A stretch of DNA of 64,000 bases from Octopus vulgaris (Eukaryota): positions 25,048,001-25,112,000 of the forward strand of contig OX597815.1 of the NCBI GenBank assembly GCA_951406725.2, read 5' to 3'. The notes under the pieces are model-generated. The model ran no database searches and was not told where the DNA came from. It saw only the letters and a program-made list of their open reading frames with translations. Numbering within the stretch: position 1 is the first letter of the stretch; each line of letters opens with the position of its first letter. Shown piece by piece: positions 1-13,130 of the stretch. The position numbers and the translations under genes are program-made.

Positions 1-207
1 TAACTCCCTACCGTATTGTTTGAATTACCATTAAAAGAGAGAATACATTCTTTTCCCCCTGCCCTTTCCCTTTATCTGAAAAAAATCTGTTTCAATTATC
101 TTTGACGATCTTAAAATGACTGCTTAAAATGAAAACTACCTGCTAATTAATAAGTGAATAAATCTACTCTGCTAACCTCCCTTCTTTCTGTAGATTTTCA
201 ACCTCCC

Positions 208-251
208 CACTCCTCCTCCTCCTCCTCCCCCTCTTCCTCCCCTCCTCATCC

Positions 252-282
<31 letters not shown>

Positions 283-364
283 CCTCCTCCTCATCATCAT
301 CATCATCATCCTCATCATCATCATCCTCCTCATCATCATCATCATCCTCCTCTTCCTACTACTA

Positions 365-431
<67 letters not shown>

Positions 432-550
432 AGTTCTGTCTTTTCTCCCCCACTTATTCACTCGCTTGCTTTTTCCATGCTTCTGTCTCACCTTTTTACT
501 TTTACTTCATTCAATCATCTATTTGATATTCATGCACATACATACATACA

Positions 551-581
<31 letters not shown>

Positions 582-668
582 GTACACAATACATCTAAAC
601 ATGTATACACACACACACATGCACACACACACACACACACATTTACAAACTCACACATTCACACACAC
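208..668. repeat. Compound microsatellite (TCC/CAT/ACT/GCT, then CATA and CA)
   Basis: Direct reading; accounts for ORFs 154..798 and 172..453. Confidence 0.95.
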
Positions 669-819
669 AGGCGTGACTGTGATAAAAGAGTTTGCTTTCC
701 AATCACAAGACACTTGCCCACGTGGTTGGGAACCACATGGGCAAATGTCTTCTACTGCAACCGCGGGCAGAGCAAAGCCTTGTAAGTCGATTTGGTAGAC
801 GGAAACCAAAAAAATCCCG

Positions 820-867
<48 letters not shown>

Positions 868-1105
868 CTGTGTGTATCTATGTGTATGTGTACCTTTATG
901 TCTGTATTTGTTCCCAACCATCCCATGAGACCCGGTGTTGGTGCGTTTGTATCCCCGTAACTTGGCGGAGCAGCGAAAAAAACGATAGAATAAGTACCAG
1001 GCTTAGAAATGTAAGTACTGGAATCGATTCGTTCGACTAAAATTCTTCAAGGCGGTGCCCCAGCATGGCTGCAGGCTAATGACTCAAACAAATAAGAGAT
1101 AAAAG
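668..1105 (+). mobile_element. SINE family B (tRNA-derived, CORE-like segment, internal (TG)n); other plus copies at 34285-34665 and 41053-41455
   Basis: Shared GGCAAGTGTCTTCTACTATAGCCTC...GATTTGGTAGACGGAAAC...GATAGAATAAGTACCAGGCTT...GGCGGTGCCCCAGCATGGC...AAAAGA tail. Confidence 0.8.
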
Positions 1106-1127
1106 ATATATATTCATGTAAAGTTAT

Positions 1128-2285
1128 TTTAGCACACTCAAGTACAGTTAGACTTGAGAAGACCTTCTGCTGCGGAAATAGTTCCCGAAGGAAAATTTTC
1201 CTCCTAGACAATATGTGTAAAAATGCATTGGGGCTGTGAATGGTGTCATTGGATCGCGGGGCACGTGGTTTTCTGCATTCTTTTCCGTTGTCAGCTTCGA
1301 ATGCTAAATCTGCCTTTCGTAACCCGAAAAGAACGAATTCGTTCTTATATTAGAACAGTTTGTTTGCTGATGAGCATGAAGCTTCATCAAGCTTGAATCA
1401 AATAAATAAAGTCGCACGAAGTAGCTTTAAGTAAAATATATTTGTGTAAAGCAATATTAACCACACTCGGACATGGGAAGACCTGCTATAGAAATAGTTC
1501 CGGGAGAAAATTCTTCTACTAGACGATATATGTGAAAACACATTCGGCTTTCACATATACTAGCAGTATCGCCCAGCGTTGCTCGGGTTTGTTTCGACCC
1601 TTTAGAATTGGAATTTTTGAGAAGTAAAAATTTTGCATTATATAGCTTTAAGTGAACATTTCTCTGTTTGAAATTCACCGAAAAATGACGACACAGCAGT
1701 AAAAAAAATCGTAAAAAATAGGGATTTTCATTAAAAAAAAGCACCTTTTTGAAATAAATAATTTTTGGTCTTCTTCTATCATGCTCTCAATTTTGGTCAA
1801 CTTGCGCCGCAGGGTCTCGGAGAAGATAGTGTTAGTTGAAGGCTACCAAACCTGCCATACACAGACAACTTCAGCTTTATATATAGAGAGATTTGCATTC
1901 TTTCTCATCGTCTGCTACGGACACCATATCTGCTCTAAACAACCCGAAAAAGACCACGTTCGTTCTTATATTGAAACACCATACAATACGTGTGCTGAAG
2001 AGTGTAAGGCTTGGTCAAGCTATAATTCAGTCGCACGAAGCAACGTTGCATAAAATATATGCATGCTGTCATATTTAACTCACTCTAGCACACTCGGACT
2101 TGAGAAGATCTCCTGCTGTGACAATAGTCCCGAGAGAAAATTCTCCACCTAGACGATTGCGTGAGAACACATTGGGTTGTGAATAGTGCCACTAAATCGT
2201 GAGACGCATACGCTTCTGCGTTCTTGAACACCAAATCTGCCTTTCACAGGCTAAAAAAAATCGAAATCGTTCTTCTTCTAAAGCT
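1128..2285. repeat. Diverged tandem triplication (unit about 300-330 bp); middle unit interrupted by a Helitron
   Basis: Units start at about 1128, 1457 and 2085, each with CACACTC..GAC.TG.GAAGA...ATAGT.CC...GAAAATT...CTAGAC and a later TCGTTCTT. Confidence 0.75.
1560..1891 (-). mobile_element. Non-autonomous Helitron, complete (332 bp)
   Basis: Minus strand starts TCTCTCTATATATAAAGCTGAAG and ends with hairpin CCCGAGCAACGCTGGG followed by CGATACTGCTAG. Inserted between A and T with no TSD. Confidence 0.85.
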
Positions 2286-2895
2286 TCAACTCTACCACTT
2301 TGTGATGCCTGGAAATGTCATGGATGATACCACTACTTTACCAAGCTGTACATTAGTGGAATCAGAAGAAATAATCGAATAACTATTAAATTGATAGAAT
2401 TACTTCTATTCGGCTCGAAGGTATTAAATTACTGCTTGTGGCTTGAGTTGATTTGCCAGTGCAACATTCATATTTTCGATTTGTACGATATATTTTGTAT
2501 TAAAAGAAATTAAGTTTAATATTTAAAGAATATAATGACGAATGCTGCAGAAGAAGAGGTAAACTTTTGGTGAATCGAGTCCAGGAGGCATTTTTAATTC
2601 TCCATAGAAACTATTTCATTTCTTTTATGCCATTAACTCTCTTGGGGCGTCACATCACTTGCCTCTCTTTTAAATATCAAAAACTGCTTCGTCTTAGCAG
2701 AAAGAAACCAATATTTAATTAATAAATATGTCGCTTGGCTATTGTGGTGACCCAACCATAACCTTGTCCAGATTAGTTGACTTCAACTTGATTGCTGGCA
2801 TCTCGTTGGAAATAAGTTAGTGAAAAGGTTAAATACATTATATGAGAGCAAAGTGCAAAGTTACATCTTTAATCAATTAAGCTTGATAAAAATTT

Positions 2896-2998
<103 letters not shown>

Positions 2999-3027
2999 TT
3001 TTTTCTCTCCTTATTTTTTCTGTGTCC

Positions 3028-3063
3028 CTTTCTGTAGAAGAGCGTAGGCTCGAAACGTAAAAG
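3028..3063 (+). ncRNA. Hammerhead-like motif (A6 variant) in a repeat also present at about 59240-59400
   Basis: CTTT-CTGTAGA-a-GAGC-gtag-GCTC-GAAACGTA-AAAG. Confidence 0.45.
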
Positions 3064-3149
3064 ACTTTTTCTATTCCTGAGCGTTATACTAATACATCTG
3101 TTTGTTTTGTCTCCACCTGTCTTCGTCTTTTGTTTTTTTCGTAAACTCT

Positions 3150-3193
<44 letters not shown>

Positions 3194-4653
3194 TCGTATA
3201 TATATACATATATTCATTCACCTTATATACTTACACATATTATATCAGCGATTGTCAGTCTTTTTGACTTCATGTTAAAATTGCTGGTGCACTTTGCATG
3301 GAATGTTTTAAAGCTGAAATTCTTTCTTAATTTCAAGAAAACAATTTGTTACTGTGCTTTATTAAAGATATTTAGTTAAGGATCACGACTGAGCCACCAT
3401 AGTTTCACGTGATTGACTTATAAATCGACCTATCAGCGTGAGCCTGTGATGTTATACGGCTCTTCAGGTGATCTAAAATTCGTCCTATTTTCATCCTTTA
3501 AAAACTATTTGGTGCCTAACTCCGCCAAATATCCTCAGCAGATCGCTAAGACGGACGGCCTCGGGCACTCTCGTAGACGACCACTTGAGCAATCACAGAA
3601 AACTGACCGCTAAGACCAGACTACCTTGGATACTCAGACAGACCAGCCCGAGCCCGAAATGACTTCAGACACTTAGGCATCATGTACCACAGCTAGCCTT
3701 CTACAAGATACAATGCGGTTCTCTTTTCCCAGTCGGAGTTTATATAATTAGCATCTTATTTTGTAAACAGCCAACGCAGTAGATCATGTCCTGCATTAAA
3801 TATGTTAAAAGTTAAAAGGTCGTGAGTTAACTCGTTTATTTTATACACGCAGCGAGCTAGACCACATGACAATGGACTTTAACAGTATAACGCACTCAAA
3901 CAAGCAACCATCACGACATTGGTGAACAAGCACCTCACAACATTGGTGACAACGCATCCTCACGACAAATCTTTTAAAACCTTAAATGTTATTTTTAGAT
4001 TCCCATTAAGGCATAGCGTCTAAGAACCATTATATTATGCATTCAAAAATACGTAAACAAATATAGGAAAAGAAAATTTTGGAGCGTGAAGCTGAATTTA
4101 AAGAATTTTTACAATGTTCCTTTAACAGCCAATATTCGTAGATTGGAAAGCAAGATTAAATATAAGCCATTAAAGCTAAGTTTTATTAGTGTAATATTAT
4201 GTAGAAGTAAAAGAGTAAACGGTGCAGATCCATCCTGAAATAATAATTTGCTCATATCCTTAATATTCTCATGTGAAGGTATTAACAATATAAGCAAATT
4301 AGTTATTTTTGAACTAAATGTAAATTGCTAATATATTTTACCGTAAAATTTAAGTAAGAAAGTAAATTTACAATGTTGTAGCCCACCATATGTGTGTGTA
4401 TGTGTGTGTGTCTTTTTGTCGGTGTTCGTTCGCTACCACTGCTTGGCAATCGGTGCTATTTTGTTTACGGCCCCGTCGCTTAGAGATTCGGTCGATTCGT
4501 TTGACTAAAAACTCCGCAGGGCGGTGCCCCAACATGACCGCAATCTAATGAGTGAAACAAGTAAAAGACAAAAAACAAGATATGACCGCGTGTGTATCGT
4601 TGGCGATTTTTTTTCCAGCGTCTTCCCTTCCTTGGATCTTTCCTTTTCCTATG

Positions 4654-4686
4654 TTTCTGACTAAGAGCTCCGCTCGAAACGTTAAA
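4654..4686 (+). ncRNA. Minimal hammerhead ribozyme motif (G8 mutated)
   Basis: TTT-CTGACTA-a-GAGC-tcc-GCTC-GAAACGTT-AAA, with palindromic AACGTT as stem III. Confidence 0.55.
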
Positions 4687-4785
4687 TCCTCCTTCTTTCT
4701 TTCCTTTCCTGAGCGTCCAATAACACTATATTTGTTCCACGTCCTCGCGTTGTTGTGTTTTCTCTTTGTGTTTTCATGTTCGGAT

Positions 4786-4788
<3 letters not shown>

Positions 4789-4821
<33 letters not shown>

Positions 4822-5273
4822 CATATATATATATATATATACACACAAATACACACACACAGACACACAAATCCACACACACAGACACACAATGAGGGAA
4901 TATATATACATTGACACACATGTATGCATACATACATGCATGCATACATACATGCATGCATACATACATACATGCATGCATACATACATGCACACATAGA
5001 TACATACATGAATGCATACATACATGCACGCATAGATACATACATGCATACATACATACATACATGCATACATACATACATACATACATACATACATACA
5101 TACATACATACATACATACATACATACATACATACATACATACATACATACATAATTGTGATAAAATATCAATGTAAGAAATAACCTATATTACGAAGCT
5201 ATTGGCAATATGTGCTTGTGTGCGTGTGTTTATGTGTGCGTATTTGTTTGTGTATATGTGTGTACATGTGTGA

Positions 5274-5327
<54 letters not shown>

Positions 5328-5340
5328 CTGTGTGTGTGTG
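4789..5340. repeat. Compound (TA)n/(CATA)n/(TG)n microsatellite
   Basis: Direct reading. Confidence 0.95.
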
Positions 5341-5677
5341 TAATCTAAACTCGAATGCGATTCGTTAACTCACATTGTGCCAGTCCATCATACCATCACC
5401 TATCCCACCAACCAGTCTCTTTATGTAGGCAAAACCTTACGCCGCCTCTCACACCAAGCAAATCCCTGTCTTTAAGTCTTCCTGTGTTACAACGCTACAC
5501 TTCATTCTGTAAATACACATATTACAGCATATATAAATATTCTTAAAATGACGGGCGGAAAAAATTTTTAATTAAACTGTTTTTTCTCGAAAATTTTCAG
5601 AAACTGCACCCAATTATTATTTACCTGTAGCAGGTCTCTACCTAAATTTTAAGCTCTCCTGCTTTCTCTGGAAATGT

Positions 5678-6275
5678 GTGCGTAAAGGAATAAATAGGAT
5701 CTTTCAAAGTGAGCTATTACGTCAGCGAAAATCTGGCCAATCAAATTACAAGAAACACATCCTGGATTTTTTGAGTGATGACGTTATCACAGATCTCTCC
5801 AATAAGATTTGTTCTGGGACTCTAGAGACCAGATCTTACGACAAAGTAAAGGAAAATTTGAATGATAAACGGTACATCACGAAGTTAGCAACGTAAGCAA
5901 CGTAAGCAACGAAGAGTAACTGCCGGCAAATTCTCGATCTTTGGAAGTAACCACAGTTCTGACTGTCAAAATGCTGGATTATGAAACGAACTGTCACTGC
6001 TAACTCTAAAACACTCACCACTTCCTCAGACACGTTTCTAGTGTTCTCTTGAACATCCATTTTCTTTTTTCTGCCTTGAACGGTACTCGTGAACATAACT
6101 TAATTCTCTTTTCCTGGAACAGTAATTTTGCCCGGAAGCTTGAAGAAGACAGTAGAATTGACAAAAAAATGCAGTCTCTTTTTGGACACAAGACCACTAC
6201 ATCACGCTTTGAATGCTATGCGTTTGCAGTCCAGTAACAGGAGATTGCCACAAAGTACCTGGTAAACAAGAGAGC
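5678..6275 (+). mobile_element. Degenerate R4/Dong-like non-LTR retrotransposon fragment
   Basis: ...FECYAFAVQ*QEIATKYLVNKR resembles the post-RT (E-G-F-x-F-A-x-Q-E-Q) region of R4-clade elements. Stops and frameshifts present. Confidence 0.55.
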
Positions 6276-7081
6276 CAATGTAAATTCGTGAAAATATAAC
6301 AAATGAACACATAAAGCTGAAAGTTTTCGTTCTCATTCATCTAATATTACTCATTGTTACTACTTTGATTTATTCCAGTTCAACGTCGGTGAATAATCGT
6401 TATGCAAAATATAAACAAAGAGAATGAACTGGACTAAATTAAGGCATTTTCCCCACAAAGTATGATAACGGAGATTCAATAGTCTATGTAATATTTTGAA
6501 TAATAATTCATTTTTTTACGATGATATTTAAACAAAATTTAAATAACTATACAGCACAGGTTTTACCTGCAATTAAAGTAGTTTTGAAACAAAATCCATA
6601 ATAGATTTATAGACGAACCTTTTAAGCTGTAAAAAAAAAAGGCACTTTAATATATTCATTGGTAAAAACATTGTAATTGTTTTATGAAACCAGACTAAAT
6701 TTACGATTATTTTAGAATATAGTTTACACACATTAGAATGTAATTTAGATAGAAAAATTGTAACGAAAGGGTTTAATCAATATTTTTGATCATTATAAAA
6801 TACTGAGTTGGCTCCTTTTAAGTAACTTATTCAATGTTTTGCAGACGAAATATGGCTGTTACTAAAAAGAAAAAAGAAATAAAAAAATAAGTGTGAACTT
6901 TTATTTTTGATTATTCATAAGTTGATTTTAGTGAATTAATAATGAATATTTTAGAGGCATCATTTTTTAAAAAATATTTTATAGTTTTATCAAATAACTA
7001 TTTTTTATGTGGGAGTATGTATGTATGTATGTATGTATGTATGTATGTATGTATGTATGTATGTATGTATGTATGTATGTC

Positions 7082-7700
7082 TTCTTTTTTTTTAATTATT
7101 ATAAATCTTCCACTGAGGAAGGAGCTGGTTTCCAACAAAGATACAAGACTCCATCTTTGGGATGTAGTTAACACAGATAAATTCACATTTGGAACTTGAG
7201 AAAAGTCTTGCATATTTTTACTGTTCTACTCACAGATTGCACTTTTAATGTACGAATCAGCCGGTCAATTTCTCTTTTCTGAAAATCTCAGTTTATCCAC
7301 TTCTCCTTTAAGCATTTACTAACAAAAGCTAGTGTTCCAATTATTATTGGTATGAATTTGAATTCATAATCTGGATATAGAAGCTGGAAGGTTTGAAGCA
7401 GTTGTCCATAGATATCTTCTTTTTCTTCGATTTTCAAAGAGATATTTATATCTGCAGGGCAGCTGACCTCTATGATGGTACATTCCTTTGCCCCTCTGTA
7501 CCAAACAACAATATCCGGTCTGTTATGCTTGCATTTAACCGAAGTTTTGAAGGGAATATTCCACCAGTATTCCTTGAGTTGGTGTTTATGAATGTATTCC
7601 ATAACAGAGGAATTTTCTATGTTTATTTCATATTGTTCATATTGTTCATATTGGAGCTTCCGGCAGGAATGCCAAGCAGTACAGTATGTTTCCAAATTTC
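7082..7700 (-). mobile_element. R4/Dong-like LINE 3' fragment with restriction-like endonuclease domain
   Basis: WWNIPFKTSVKCKHNRPDIVVW...IIEVSCP...EKEDIY..L...FIPIIIG is a PD-(D/E)xK RLE signature. The 3' end runs into an A-rich tail and (CATA)n. Confidence 0.85.
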
Positions 7701-7840
7701 TGGCAGAGTGAATTGTGTCATAGTGCTATTTTTCTCACAGACGGTGCCCAACTGACCCTACTATGCTGTGTAGTTGACAAAATCAAAATAATGTGCATGC
7801 GTGAAATTAAAAATATAAAATGGCGACAATTTGTATATAA

Positions 7841-7924
<84 letters not shown>

Positions 7925-8212
7925 TAAAATCGACCATAAGAGTACTGTGAACTTGCTGTGGAGAGTGGAAAATTCAACATACATTTCGGATTGAGTACTT
8001 TTTCAGGAGTCAACGACGTGTGAGCATGCGCATGTGTGTGTGCGTGCATCTGTGCGTGTGTGTGTGTGTGTACCATCATCTGAATAAACAGACATTTCCA
8101 GGCTCTTTCATGTTATTGAGTACTCTGCTCTGAAATTAAAGTTCTTGCAGATTTTTTTTTAACGTGTATATACAGCAATATTTATCATTCTTTCTCTATA
8201 TTTGTTTTACAG

Positions 8213-8310
8213 ATTGTTGCACGCTACGAAATTGTTTTCTTACAACAAATCAAAGGAATGACTGATGATGACGTGGAAACACTCATGAGTAAAGTGAAAC
8301 AACGTACAAG
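8213..8310 (+). CDS. DNase I-like gene, internal coding exon A (IVARYEIVFLQQIKGMTDDDVETLMSKVKQRT-R)
   Basis: Acceptor tttgttttacAG (8211-8212), donor AG|GTattt (8311); 98 nt, phase 0 to 2. Aligns to DNase I ILSRYDIALVQEVRD and splices in frame to exon B. Confidence 0.85.
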
Positions 8311-8331
8311 GTATTTATTTACTATTGTAAA

Positions 8332-8409
8332 TCCTCATCCTCATCCTCATCTTCATCCTTACCCTCGCCGTCGTCATCATCATCATCATCATCCTTACCC
8401 TCGCCGTCG

Positions 8410-8440
<31 letters not shown>

Positions 8441-8547
8441 CACGAACACGACTATCAACAGCTAATATTTATTGGTATTGATTTCTAATATTGCACCATA
8501 CTGGAAGTTTGGAGGGCTTCAGTCGATTTCAAACACTTCAAACATTG

Positions 8548-8594
<47 letters not shown>

Positions 8595-8680
8595 CACCAC
8601 CACTACTACTACTATTACTACTACCACCACCACCACCACCACCACCGCCGCCACCACCACTACTACTACTACTACTACCA
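8332..8680. repeat. Trinucleotide arrays (CAT, ACT, ACC) just downstream of the exon A donor
   Basis: Direct reading. Confidence 0.95.
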
Positions 8681-8781
8681 GAATCACTACCACTCACTTC
8701 ATCATCGCCAGAAGGATGAAAGGCATCGCCATCCTCAGCAAGTTATCAATACTTCAATGGTCAATAAAATAAGCATCATTA

Positions 8782-9440
8782 AAGGCGACGAGCTGGCAGA
8801 ATGGTTAGCTCGTCAGGCAAGATGTTTAGCGGCATTTCGTCCATCTTTACGTTTTGAGTTCGAATTCCGCGGAGGTCAACTTGCCTTTCATTCTTTCGAG
8901 GTCGATGAAATAAGTACCAGTTGAGTACTAGGGTCGATGTAATCGATTTATCCCCTCCCTCGAAAATTGCTGGCTCTGTGCCAAAATTTGAAATCAATAA
9001 AATATGCAGCAGTAAAGAACTGGAGTATTTTAAAATCGACTCTAGTTATCGACCCTGCTAATTTATAGTCTTATACCTACTTAGCTATCGTTATTTTTAT
9101 TAGGTACATCCTTAAAGCTGCGAGCTGGCAGAATCGTTAGCACCCCGGACGAAATGCTTAGCGGTATTTCGTCTGCCGTCACGTTCTGAGTTCAAATTCC
9201 GCTAAGGTCGACTTTGGTTTTCATCCTTTCGGGGTCGATAAATTAAGTACCAGTTACGCACTGGGGTCGATGTAATCGACTTAATCCGTTTGTCTGTCCT
9301 TATGGGTAGTAAAGAAATAGGTATTTCGCCCGTCGCTGCATTCTGAATTCAAATTCAGCCGAGGTCGACTTTGCCTTTCATCCTTTCGGGGTCCATAAAT
9401 TAAGTACCAGTGAAACACTGTGAAACACTGAGGTTGATGT
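8782..9440 (+). mobile_element. SINE family A copies (monomer 8782-8995, multimer 9116-9440)
   Basis: Head GGCGAGCTGGCAGAATCGTTAGC (A box), GAGTTCAAATTCC (B box), core GTCGACTTTGCCTTTCATCCTTTCGGGGTCGATAAATTAAGTACCAG. Confidence 0.85.
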
Positions 9441-9711
9441 AGAAATGATTATTAGGTACATCTTATCAGTAATAAAATCTGCGACGATAAACGGCGTACT
9501 GATCTGTTGGACATTGACTGATGCGGAATTAGCGACCCGGTCTAATTTTAATGTTTTCATTTCAAGTTTTAATTCGCTATTAGTAAACAACTACGATAGA
9601 TTATTGAAAGAAATATTTACTAAGTTCACAAATTTAAATATTTGGTACAAGATCATTTTTAACGTGCTTTTATTTTTTCATTCCATGTCTATCTCATTCA
9701 TTGTTTGCAAT

Positions 9712-9744
<33 letters not shown>

Positions 9745-9809
9745 ATCTATTTCTATCTCTCTCTCTCTTTATCTATTTCTCTCTCTCTCTCTCTCTCTTT
9801 ATCTATTTC

Positions 9810-9871
<62 letters not shown>

Positions 9872-10096
9872 GGTTTGATTTATTTATAACACTAATATCA
9901 CGTTAAAATTTTGCAATTCAACATCGGGTGTCCCATAAATATGGGCATTTTACTTGAACTCGCACATTTCGTTAAATTCCGTAAAATTTATTTATTTTCT
10001 TTTTCCCGCCGTGTTCAGCTCTATGTATTTGTAGTCAGTCACACACGCACACGTGTTTTTGCATGTACGTTTCTATACATTTATGTATGTGTGTGT

Positions 10097-10176
10097 GAGT
10101 GAGTGAAGGGGTGTGTGTTGTCATGTTTACGTACTTACATAAATACACATGCATACATGTTTTTTGTATGTATGTG

Positions 10177-10224
<48 letters not shown>

Positions 10225-10340
10225 TGCTATCTAAGTGGCACTCGCTTTCTCTCTCTCACACACACGCACACGTACATACAAGAAATATGTATGCCTATTT
10301 ATGTATGTACGTATACATGACAACACCCCTTCACTTACTC
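10097..10340. repeat. Long imperfect palindrome (about 240 bp)
   Basis: Left arm GAGTGAGTGAAGGGGTGT..TTGTCATGTTTACGTAC...(GA)n..GAGTGC; right arm GCACTC..(CT)n...GTACGTATACATGACAACACCCCTTCACTTACTC. Confidence 0.8.
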
Positions 10341-10466
10341 TCTCTCTCTTTCACATACACACACGTCCATTTCACCTGATGTTTGATATTGTATTATATG
10401 TATCTGTGTATGTGCATGTGTGTATGTATGTGTGTGTGTATGCGCGCGCGTGCATGCAGCGTTCCA

Positions 10467-11823
10467 CAATCGTCAGAAAAAGCAGAGGAATTTTCTCTCT
10501 TGATGCTTCTGGTGGCACAGGTAAAACATTTGTGGAATTGCTTCTTTCCAATATAAGGCAACAAAAAAGAATTGCTGTCACCATTCTCCCAGGAGGACGA
10601 ACAGCTCGTTCTGCTTTTAAATTACCACTAAACCTGGTAACAAGTGACAGTCCAATTTGTAACATACGGTAAAGATTCAGGTTCAGCAAAAGCATTGTGC
10701 CAATCCCACCTTATCATTTGGGATGAATGCACCATGTCACATACAGGTGCAATGGAAGCTCTTGGTAATACCTTACAGGACATCAGAGGCAACAATAAAT
10801 CTATGGAAGGAGTTACATTAATTTTATCAGGAGACTTCAGACAGACATTACCAGTCATTCTGAGACGAACAAGATCTGATGAAATAAAAGCATCCATTAA
10901 GTCTTCACACCTATGGAATAAAGTACTGAAATTCTCCTTCAATATTAACGTGCGAGCTTCATTAGGTAGGGACCAATGTGCAAAACAGTTTTCAACCTAG
11001 TTCCTCCAAATAGGAAATGGGAAAGTATCATTTGATGGTAATGGTGATATCAGTTCAGCGCATATTGCTATCATGGTGAATTTCCCAGCTAAATTGAAGA
11101 ACTGGGTATTGCCAGACTTAAGTAATAATTACATATAATTCACATAAATGATTGTGTGAAAGGGCGATTCTTATTCCAAAACATGAGACAGTAGCAAGGA
11201 TTAACCATGAAGTAATGAATAAGATTTCAACAGCCGTTAAGAAATACAAATCCTTGATGAAAATCAAGCTGTCCATTACCCAACGGAGTTTCTTAATTCT
11301 CTTGAGCCACCTGGAATTCTTCCACATAAACTTTTTCTGAAGGTAGGAGTCCAAATAATGCTTCTAAGAAATTTAGATCCTCCTAAATTATGCAATGGGA
11401 CAAGGCTGGTTGTGAAGACATTATCCCCGAAGGTCACAGAATCGTCATTGGATGTACCTCTGGGGTAGAGGTTTCCATTCCAAGAATTCCAATCAAACCA
11501 ACAGACATGCCATTTGAGTTCAAACGAACACAATTCTTAATACGACTTTGTTTTGCTATGTCTATTAATAAAGCTCAAGGTCATTCTTTGAAATCTACTG
11601 GCTTGCTTTTCTTATGGTCAACTTTATGATCGTTGCTCCAGGGAATGTAGTTTGCAAGACTTATTTGTCTATGCTCCAAACCAGAAATCAAAGAATGTTG
11701 TTTACCCAGAAGCTCTTAAATAATTTCCTTCAACATATGTGGTAGAATTTATCTCCTTTCATAAAAGTGGTAAAATTTGTATTTTCGTTAATCATCATCA
11801 TCATCATCATCATTATTATTACT

Positions 11824-11910
<87 letters not shown>

Positions 11911-12055
11911 TTATATTATGAATTCAGAGTTGATTTCCCAATTAAAGAATAAATTGAATTTAGAATAACAAATTTCTATACAACATATTTTGCTTTTTTC
12001 TTCTAATATGAAAGGAAAATGTTCACTCCCGGGCAACGCCGGGTGCGTCTGTCAG
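10467..12055 (+). mobile_element. Degenerate Helitron: PIF1-type helicase pseudogene plus 3' terminal hairpin
   Basis: Motifs LDASGGTGKTF (Walker A), [49 protein letters not shown] and FAMSINKAQGHSL, broken by stops and frameshifts. Hairpin CCCGGGCAACGCCGGG at 12028-12043, then ...CTGTCAG/T (mutated CTAG). Confidence 0.92.
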
Positions 12056-12104
<49 letters not shown>

Positions 12105-12177
12105 GTCTCAATCCAACAGCCTTCCCCAGTAAAAAATTATACTGCTGTACATCTCCGGATTTATCTTTTCTACAAAC

Positions 12178-12295
<118 letters not shown>

Positions 12296-12869
12296 CGTGT
12301 GTGTGTGAGTGTAACGGTTTGTTATTCGTTGCAGTCGAGGGTCAAGAATTGTAACGGCTGTTGTTAAGGTGTTGGTTGCCAGTATGCAAGATGGAAGAAG
12401 AACAGTGATTGAAGTTGTAAAGAGATATTGATTTACCTTTACTTTGTATATATCCAAAACCACAACGGGTTGCTATGTATAACTAGTAAGTGGAAAAGCA
12501 TACACGATCTCATAGTAGTATATAGAGAGATATATGGTAATGTTACAGAGAAAAGAAAGTGAACTAATGAAAGTGAGAGTGGTGGGACAAAACAACTGCT
12601 TCGTTTGTGAGTTACCATAGTTGTCCTTTTGTGCCTTTTCCTTTAGAGACAGTGTTTTGTTCAGCCAGTCAGCCAGACTCGGTTCTCACTAACTTACTTT
12701 GTCTTACGGAGTTCTTGTTTTTATAACTATCCAAAACCAGCCAGAAGGATAGACATATTGTTGAGAACAATAGATTTCGTTGGCGGTCTGTTATCTCTAT
12801 TCTAGCCTTTGGTGGTCTAAATGTTAGAATGGTCAAGTGGCAAAGACAATTATATATATACATACATAT

Positions 12870-12923
<54 letters not shown>

Positions 12924-13072
12924 TGCCCCAGCATGGCCACAGCTCAAGAGCTGAAACTGGAAAACATAAACATAAACATATATATATATATATATATATA
13001 TATGTAGGTCCCGGGTTGATTCGGGGTTAACCACAGTAAATAAGGTACTCAATACATAGTAGAGTAAAATTA

Positions 13073-13130
13073 ATTTATTATATAGAAGGAGCTTCTACAG
13101 GACTAGAACTGTAGAAGCTCCTTCTATATA

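Noticed and set aside
154-798. 214-aa His/Pro/Thr-rich ORF and overlapping ORFs
   Set aside because: Translation of compound microsatellites running into a SINE; no splice or homology support.
4682-5184. MYVC/HTYI repeat ORFs (also at 6942, 25073, 25539, 33242 and 48807)
   Set aside because: Stop-free frames of (CATA)n and (TG)n microsatellites.
7393-7755. VMLAFNRSFEG as a candidate DNase I first exon (compare IAAFNI)
   Set aside because: It is the antisense of the R4/Dong RLE ORF. There is no signal peptide or convincing donor, so it is treated as coincidence and exon 1 remains unlocated.
8258-8924. Poly-His/Tyr/Thr ORFs extending from exon A
   Set aside because: Read-through past the 8311 donor into intronic trinucleotide repeats.
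10467-11721. Host PIF1 helicase gene
   Set aside because: Intronless, with multiple stops and frameshifts, and followed by a Helitron terminal hairpin; it is a transposon remnant.
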